59,661 nt of DNA, taken from the NCBI GenBank assembly GCA_046155535.1, contig JBJXFN010000032.1, positions 1-59,661 of the forward strand, written 5' to 3'. Below the pieces are notes generated by a model. It did not search any database. It saw only the letters and a program-made list of their open reading frames with translations, and was not told the origin of the DNA. This DNA comes from Burkholderiales bacterium. GTDB lineage: Bacteria; Pseudomonadota; Gammaproteobacteria; Burkholderiales; JACQAP01. Each line of letters starts with the position of its first letter. Position 1 is the stretch's first letter. A program made the translations under genes and the position numbers. Below are positions 54,690-59,661 of the stretch, piece by piece.

Positions 54690-55913
54690 ATGAATGACAG
54701 CAAGCGCTACACCCTGTGGCTGGTTCTGCTGGCCGCAGCCGGCACTTTCGCGCTCACCATGGGCACGCGCCAGACCATGGGCCTGTTCCTGTCGCCGCTC
54801 AACACCGCCACCGGCCTGGGTCTGACCAGCATCAGCCTCGCCTTCGCGTTTGGACAGCTTTGGTGGGGGCTCACGCAACCGTTCGCAGGCGCCATGGCCG
54901 ACAAGATCGGCGCAGGCCGAGTGCTTGTGATCGGCGTGCTGCTGATCGCGCTCGGTACATTCATCACGCCCTACATGACCAGCACATGGGGGCTGATCCT
55001 GGCCATTGGCGTGCTGTCGGCGGGCGGGGCGGGCATGGCGGGTCCTGCGGTGATCATGGCCGCCACCACGCGGCTGCTCCCAACCGAACGCCGTGGCCTC
55101 GCCACGGGCATCGTCAACGCTGGCGGCTCTTTCGGCCAGTTCGCCCTGGCGCCCATCACGGCCACGCTGATGGTGAGCCTGGGCTGGGTCAGTGCCATGC
55201 AGGTCATGGCCTTGCTGGTGCTGCTGTGCCTGCCGGCCGCCTTTGTGTTGCGCGGCAACGCGCTGCAGGCTGCACCTGCCGGCCAGAAGGTGCTGGGCTC
55301 GCGCGAAGCCATTCGCGATGCGCTTCGCAACCGAAGCTATCTGCTGCTGGGCGCCGGCTTCTTTGTCTGCGGTTTTCATGTGGCGTTTCTGGCCACGCAC
55401 CTGCCGGGTGTGGTCGCCTCGTGCGGACTGCCCACCGCCTGGGCCGGCTGGTCACTCGCGATGCTCGGCCTGTTCAACATCGTCGGCAGCGTCGCCATGG
55501 GTTGGGCCGTCGGCCGCTGGCGAATGAAGTCGCTGCTGTCGCTGGTATATGCCGCGCGCGCGCTGGCGGTGCTGGTGTTTCTGCTCGCGCCCAAGACTGG
55601 CCCGGTCATGCTGGTGTTTGCCGCGGTGATGGGGCTCACCTTCCTGTCCACCGTGCCGCCCACCGCGGGGCTGGTGGCGAAGTTCTTCGGGCCGGCCAAT
55701 ATGGCCACGCTGTTCGGCATCGTGATGCTCACGCACCAGATCGGCGGCTTTCTGGGGGCCTGGCTGGGCGGCAAGGTGTTCGAGGCCACCGGTTCGTACG
55801 ACTGGATCTGGTACATCGATATCCTGCTGGCGGTGGGCGCCGCGCTGGTGCACCTGCCTATCCGCGAAGAACCTTTGCGCCGTGCGGGGACTTTAGGCGC
55901 GGCCGCTGCCTGA
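54690..55913 (+). CDS. MFS transporter
   Basis: G.RQ.MGLF, G.MADK.G, FFVCGFH, HQIGGFLGAW.GG. Confidence 0.92.
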   Translation: MNDSKRYTLWLVLLAAAGTFALTMGTRQTMGLFLSPLNTATGLGLTSISLAFAFGQLWWGLTQPFAGAMADKIGAGRVLVIGVLLIALGTFITPYMTSTWGLILAIGVLSAGGAGMAGPAVIMAATTRLLPTERRGLATGIVNAGGSFGQFALAPITATLMVSLGWVSAMQVMALLVLLCLPAAFVLRGNALQAAPAGQKVLGSREAIRDALRNRSYLLLGAGFFVCGFHVAFLATHLPGVVASCGLPTAWAGWSLAMLGLFNIVGSVAMGWAVGRWRMKSLLSLVYAARALAVLVFLLAPKTGPVMLVFAAVMGLTFLSTVPPTAGLVAKFFGPANMATLFGIVMLTHQIGGFLGAWLGGKVFEATGSYDWIWYIDILLAVGAALVHLPIREEPLRRAGTLGAAAA

Positions 55914-55974
55914 GCCCTGCGCGAGATGAGCGGCATTTGAAAGTAATTTTCCACCGGATCCGGAGCCACCTTGC

Positions 55975-56853
55975 ATGACCACACCCATTCCGCCCAAGCA
56001 GTTCACCACCGTCGCCGGCCACCGTCTCGCGCATGTCGAGATGGGCAGTGGCGATCCCATCGTGCTGCTGCACGGCAACCCCACGTCTAGCTACCTGTGG
56101 CGCGATGTGATGCCGCCGCTGGCCGGCCTCGGCCGCGTGATCGCGCCCGACCTCATCGGCCACGGCGATTCCGACAAGCTGCCTGCGAGCCAGGGCCCCG
56201 GGCGCTACACACTGGAAGGGACTTACGACCTGCTGGCCGCCCATCTCGCCGCGCTACGAGCGGATCAGCGCGTCACTCTGGTGCTGCACGATTGGGGTAG
56301 CGCGCTTGGCTTTCACTGGGCACGGTTGCACCCGCAGCAGGTGCGCGGCATCGCCTACATGGAGGGCATCGTCATGCCCCTGCCGTCGTGGGACGACTGG
56401 CCGGAGAAGGCGCGCGGCATCTTCCAGGGCTTCCGCTCACCCAAGGGCGAAGACCTCGTTCTGAAGCGCAACCTGTTCATCGAAGGCGTGTTGCCCAGCT
56501 CCATCCTGCGCAAGCTCTCGGACGAGGAGATGGCGGCCTATCGCGCGCCATTCGCCAAAGAAGAGGACCGTCAGCCGATGCTGAACTGGCCGCGGCAGAT
56601 CCCGATCGCCGGCGAGCCGGCGAATGTCGTTGCACTGGTGCAGCAATATTCGCAGTGGTTGCGCGGCAGTAGCGTACCCAAGCTCTTCGTGAATGCCGAG
56701 CCGGGCTCCATTCTGGTGGGCGCGCAGCGCGAGTTCTGCCGCAGCTGGCCGAACCAGCAGGAGGTGACGGTGCCCGGCCTGCATTTCATACAGGAGGATT
56801 CCGGCGCAGCCATTGGCCAGGTCGTGGCGAACTGGTTGTCCCGACTCGAATGA
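55975..56853 (+). CDS. Haloalkane dehalogenase (DhaA/LinB-like)
   Basis: HGNPTSSYLWR, APDLIG.GDSDK, HDWGSAL nucleophile, YME acid, WPRQIP, GLHFIQED. Confidence 0.92.
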   Translation: MTTPIPPKQFTTVAGHRLAHVEMGSGDPIVLLHGNPTSSYLWRDVMPPLAGLGRVIAPDLIGHGDSDKLPASQGPGRYTLEGTYDLLAAHLAALRADQRVTLVLHDWGSALGFHWARLHPQQVRGIAYMEGIVMPLPSWDDWPEKARGIFQGFRSPKGEDLVLKRNLFIEGVLPSSILRKLSDEEMAAYRAPFAKEEDRQPMLNWPRQIPIAGEPANVVALVQQYSQWLRGSSVPKLFVNAEPGSILVGAQREFCRSWPNQQEVTVPGLHFIQEDSGAAIGQVVANWLSRLE

Positions 56854-56944
56854 AGGTGCCGAACGAAGTCCGGTGTGCGAAAAAGAAAGGTTCAGGCCTA
56901 GGCCGGGACTTGCATTGTCAACTTTGAAGAACGAGGAAATTGCC

Positions 56945-58054
56945 GTGAAAAAACACGAACAAACAAACATTTCGCTCACCCTCGAAAGCGTGAAAGTCAG
57001 GACAGTGTCAGTACCGCTGCGCCGCCCGATTGTCGCGAAAGTGGGGCAATTCACCCATTGGCCGCTGATTCTGATCGACCTGTATACGCGTGAAGGTGTT
57101 GTCGGCCGCAGTCTTCTGGAGCCGTACGTCCAGAAATCATGTCCCGCGATCACGAGTGTCCTTCAGTATGTCGCGGAATCTTTCAAGAGCAAGCCGTTGG
57201 CCCCGCTTGATGTCTATGGCGATGCGATGAAGACGCTGCACTTGAATGGCCGTGAGGGCATTACGGTGATCGCGCTGTCGGGCCTGGACATGGCGATCTG
57301 GGACGCACTCGCGCGTGCCGCCGGCTTGCCGCTCGTGAGTCTGCTGGGCGGCAGTCCAGGCCCCATCCGCGCGTACAACACCAACGGTTTGTGGTTGAGT
57401 CCCATCAAGACGCTTGGCAAGGAGGCGAAATCCTTGGTCGCACAAGGCGGATTCAAGGCACTGAAAATGCGCCTGGGGCGCCCAACACTGCAAGACGACA
57501 AGGATGCCATCCGTGCCATTCGGGATGCGGTGGGCGATGACATCTTGCTGATGACTGACTTCAACCAGGGCATGACATTCGGCGAAGCGCTGCAGCGCAT
57601 GCATGGGCTTGACGATCAAGGGCTGTATTGGTTCGAGGAGCCGATCGTGTACGACAACCTCGACGGCTGCGCGCAAATCACGCGCGAGATCAAGACTCCC
57701 ATTCAGATAGGCGAGAATATCTATGGCCCGCGCGAGTTCTACAAAGCCGTGAAAGCCGGCGCGGCCGACCTCTACATGCCGGATTTGATGCGCATCGGCG
57801 GCGTCACCGGTTGGATGCGCTCCGCAGCGATTGCCGGCGCCGCCGGCCTGCCGCTTTCCAGCCATTTGTATCCCGTAGTCTCGGCACAACTGCTGCGCGT
57901 CAGCGAGTCGGCCGACTGGTTGGAGTGGAGCGACTGGGCCGAGCCCATTCTGGCGGAACCGTTCCCGGCAAAAGATGGCTTCGCGCATGTAACGAATGCG
58001 CCTGGGAACGGACTTGCTTGGGACGAAGCGGCAGTCAAAAAAGTCGCAATCTGA
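56945..58054 (+). CDS. Mandelate racemase subgroup enolase-superfamily enzyme
   Basis: DMAIWD, KMR, DFNQ, EEP, GEN, MPD, SSH; GTG start with GAGG RBS. Confidence 0.9.
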   Translation: MKKHEQTNISLTLESVKVRTVSVPLRRPIVAKVGQFTHWPLILIDLYTREGVVGRSLLEPYVQKSCPAITSVLQYVAESFKSKPLAPLDVYGDAMKTLHLNGREGITVIALSGLDMAIWDALARAAGLPLVSLLGGSPGPIRAYNTNGLWLSPIKTLGKEAKSLVAQGGFKALKMRLGRPTLQDDKDAIRAIRDAVGDDILLMTDFNQGMTFGEALQRMHGLDDQGLYWFEEPIVYDNLDGCAQITREIKTPIQIGENIYGPREFYKAVKAGAADLYMPDLMRIGGVTGWMRSAAIAGAAGLPLSSHLYPVVSAQLLRVSESADWLEWSDWAEPILAEPFPAKDGFAHVTNAPGNGLAWDEAAVKKVAI

Positions 58055-58106
58055 GGGGTTGTTCCTGGTGCGCGGGTGGTAACTGATTAAAGGAGGAGCG
58101 GTCGAG

Positions 58107-58898
58107 ATGGATTACAAAGCGATGAAGTTTGAAGTACGAGAGAACGTGGCCTGGATTACGTTTAACCGGCCGGAGGCGTTCAACGCGATCAACAGCCAGG
58201 CGACGAACGAGTTCTACGATATCGTCAATCGTTGCAGTGTCGACCGGTCGATACGCGCGGTTGTTCTGACAGGAACAGGTGACCGGGCGTTTTGTGCCGG
58301 GGGCGATGTTGCCGAGTTCGCCAGGAGCGGTGACAACGTTGAAATGCTGGTGCGCGAAATGACCGGGGTCCTGCATACCGGCATTTCCCGGCTTGCGTGG
58401 CTGCGTGCGCCGGTCATCGCAGCGATCAACGGCGTGGCCGCCGGTGCCGGTTTGAGTTTCGCGGCGTGCTGCGATCTGGCCATCGCGGCGGATACCGCCA
58501 AGTTCACCAGCGCCTATACGCACATCGGACTGACGCCGGACGGAAGTTCAACGTTTTTTCTCAATCGGTTGCTTGGCCGCCGGCGGGTCATGGAGTTGTA
58601 CATGACCAATCGCGTTCTGACCGCACAGGAAGCACTCGACTGGGGACTGGTGAACCGCGTCGTTCCGGCGGCTGATCTGATGGCAGAGGTAACGAAGCTC
58701 GCCACACAGCTCGCAAAGGGCCCGACCCAGGCCTACGGCGGTGTCAAGAAACTGGTGATGATGTCACCCAACGACACGCTGGAATCGCAAATGGAACGCG
58801 AGACAAGAGTGATTGCGGAAATGAGCAGAACGAAAGATGCACGCGAAGGCATCAAAGCCTTCGTCGAGAAACGCAAACCCAACTTCGTCGGTGAGTAA
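58107..58898 (+). CDS. Enoyl-CoA hydratase/isomerase (PaaG-like)
   Basis: NRPE..NA, FCAGGD, AAGAG.S, GLTPD, F.EKRKPNF; RBS AAGGAGG. Confidence 0.9.
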   Translation: MDYKAMKFEVRENVAWITFNRPEAFNAINSQATNEFYDIVNRCSVDRSIRAVVLTGTGDRAFCAGGDVAEFARSGDNVEMLVREMTGVLHTGISRLAWLRAPVIAAINGVAAGAGLSFAACCDLAIAADTAKFTSAYTHIGLTPDGSSTFFLNRLLGRRRVMELYMTNRVLTAQEALDWGLVNRVVPAADLMAEVTKLATQLAKGPTQAYGGVKKLVMMSPNDTLESQMERETRVIAEMSRTKDAREGIKAFVEKRKPNFVGE

Positions 58899-58903
58899 GC
58901 CTT

Positions 58904-59635
58904 ATGGCTGATCCGAAAAAAGCGTTGGTCATTGGTGTTGGCGCTGAAAAAGGATTGGGCGCCAGCGTCAGCGCCCGGTTTGCGCGCGAAGGGTTCCACG
59001 TGTTCGTGGCCGGACGCACGGAGCAGAGCCTCGAACTCTTGGTCAAGCAGCTTCGATCTACCGGCGGAACCGCCACAGCCATCGTCGCCGACACCACCAA
59101 GGAGTCTGACGTGCTGTCGCTGTACGATCAAGTATGCGCCGCCAAGGGCAGCCTGGATGTCGCCGTGTACAACGCCGGCAATAACACGCCCGGTGCGGTG
59201 ATGGAAATGGAAGCCGACTACTTCGAGCAGGCATGGCGCGTGTGCTGCTTTGGCGGCTTTTTGTTCGGCCGCGAAGCGGCGCGCCGGATGTTGCCCAAGG
59301 GCGGCACGCTGCTATTCACCGGCGCCAGTGCCTCCGTGCGCGGGCGGGCCGGCTTCGTCGCATTCAACTCGGCTAAAGCTGCGCTGCGCAATATGGCGCA
59401 GGCGATGGCGAAAGAACTTGGACCGAAGGGGCTACACGTCGCTCATGTCGTGGTCGATGGCGGCATTGACGGCGATCGGCTGCGCACGCGGCGCCCGGAT
59501 CTGGTGAAACAGATGGGTGAGGAACGTTTGATTGACTTGGGCGGGTTGGCGGAAGCGTATTGGTTCCTGCATCAGCAGCAGCCACGTGCCTGGACATTCG
59601 AGCTGGATATGCGCTCGAAGATTGAACCGTGGTAA
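58904..59635 (+). CDS. SDR family oxidoreductase (FxxxK variant)
   Basis: IGVGAEKGLG, YNAG, TGASAS.RG, FNSAK, HVAHVVVDG, AWTFELD. Confidence 0.9.
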   Translation: MADPKKALVIGVGAEKGLGASVSARFAREGFHVFVAGRTEQSLELLVKQLRSTGGTATAIVADTTKESDVLSLYDQVCAAKGSLDVAVYNAGNNTPGAVMEMEADYFEQAWRVCCFGGFLFGREAARRMLPKGGTLLFTGASASVRGRAGFVAFNSAKAALRNMAQAMAKELGPKGLHVAHVVVDGGIDGDRLRTRRPDLVKQMGEERLIDLGGLAEAYWFLHQQQPRAWTFELDMRSKIEPW

Positions 59636-59638
59636 GAG

Positions 59639-59660
59639 TGCAGGGGTCATGCAGGGGTCA
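59639..59660. repeat. 2x 11-nt tandem TGCAGGGGTCA at the window edge
   Basis: tgcaggggtca tgcaggggtca directly after the SDR stop; truncated by the window end. Confidence 0.6.
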
Positions 59661-59661
59661 G

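Overview
GC-rich (by eye about 60-65%) bacterial chromosomal segment, most consistent with a Betaproteobacterium (pmbA-yjgA-mog neighbourhood). No rRNA, tRNA or CRISPR array was found. All family assignments come from motifs I recognised by eye, not from database searches. Left to right: (1) 0.1-7.8 kb, minus-strand operon encoding a metallophosphoesterase-like protein, a VTT/TVP38-fused disulfide oxidoreductase, DUF547, TIGR04283- and TIGR04282-type glycosyltransferases, DUF3047 and a SelD-N-terminal-like flavoprotein; this resembles the rSAM/selenodomain-associated (arsenosugar-like) module but has no radical SAM or methyltransferase gene here. (2) 7.9-24.7 kb, two lipoproteins (one with three 98-aa repeats plus a di-heme domain) and housekeeping genes (Gre-like factor, amidohydrolase, glutathione peroxidase, CBS, MFS, PilZ-motif protein, esterase, mog, yjgA, pmbA, GDSL esterase, NitT/TauT ABC pair). 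(3) 24.8-33.4 kb, hydroxyquinol/maleylacetate/3-oxoadipate lower pathway and a TRAP transporter. (4) 33.5-59.6 kb, an accessory catabolic/detoxification block with decay scars: two CmcJ/NvfI-like dioxygenases, GSTs, five SDRs (four lacking the catalytic Tyr), two PaaG-like crotonases, tautomerase, AcuI-like reductase, haloalkane dehalogenase, a mandelate-racemase-family enzyme, an IS91-type transposase remnant and duplicated gene fragments. The most striking unexplained structure is a family of 130-290 bp elements between co-directional genes. Their ends are inverted arrays of three 8-9 nt tandem units, and the two arms co-vary within each copy. Related 7-nt arrays also occur, and one arm appears to supply part of a signal peptide.
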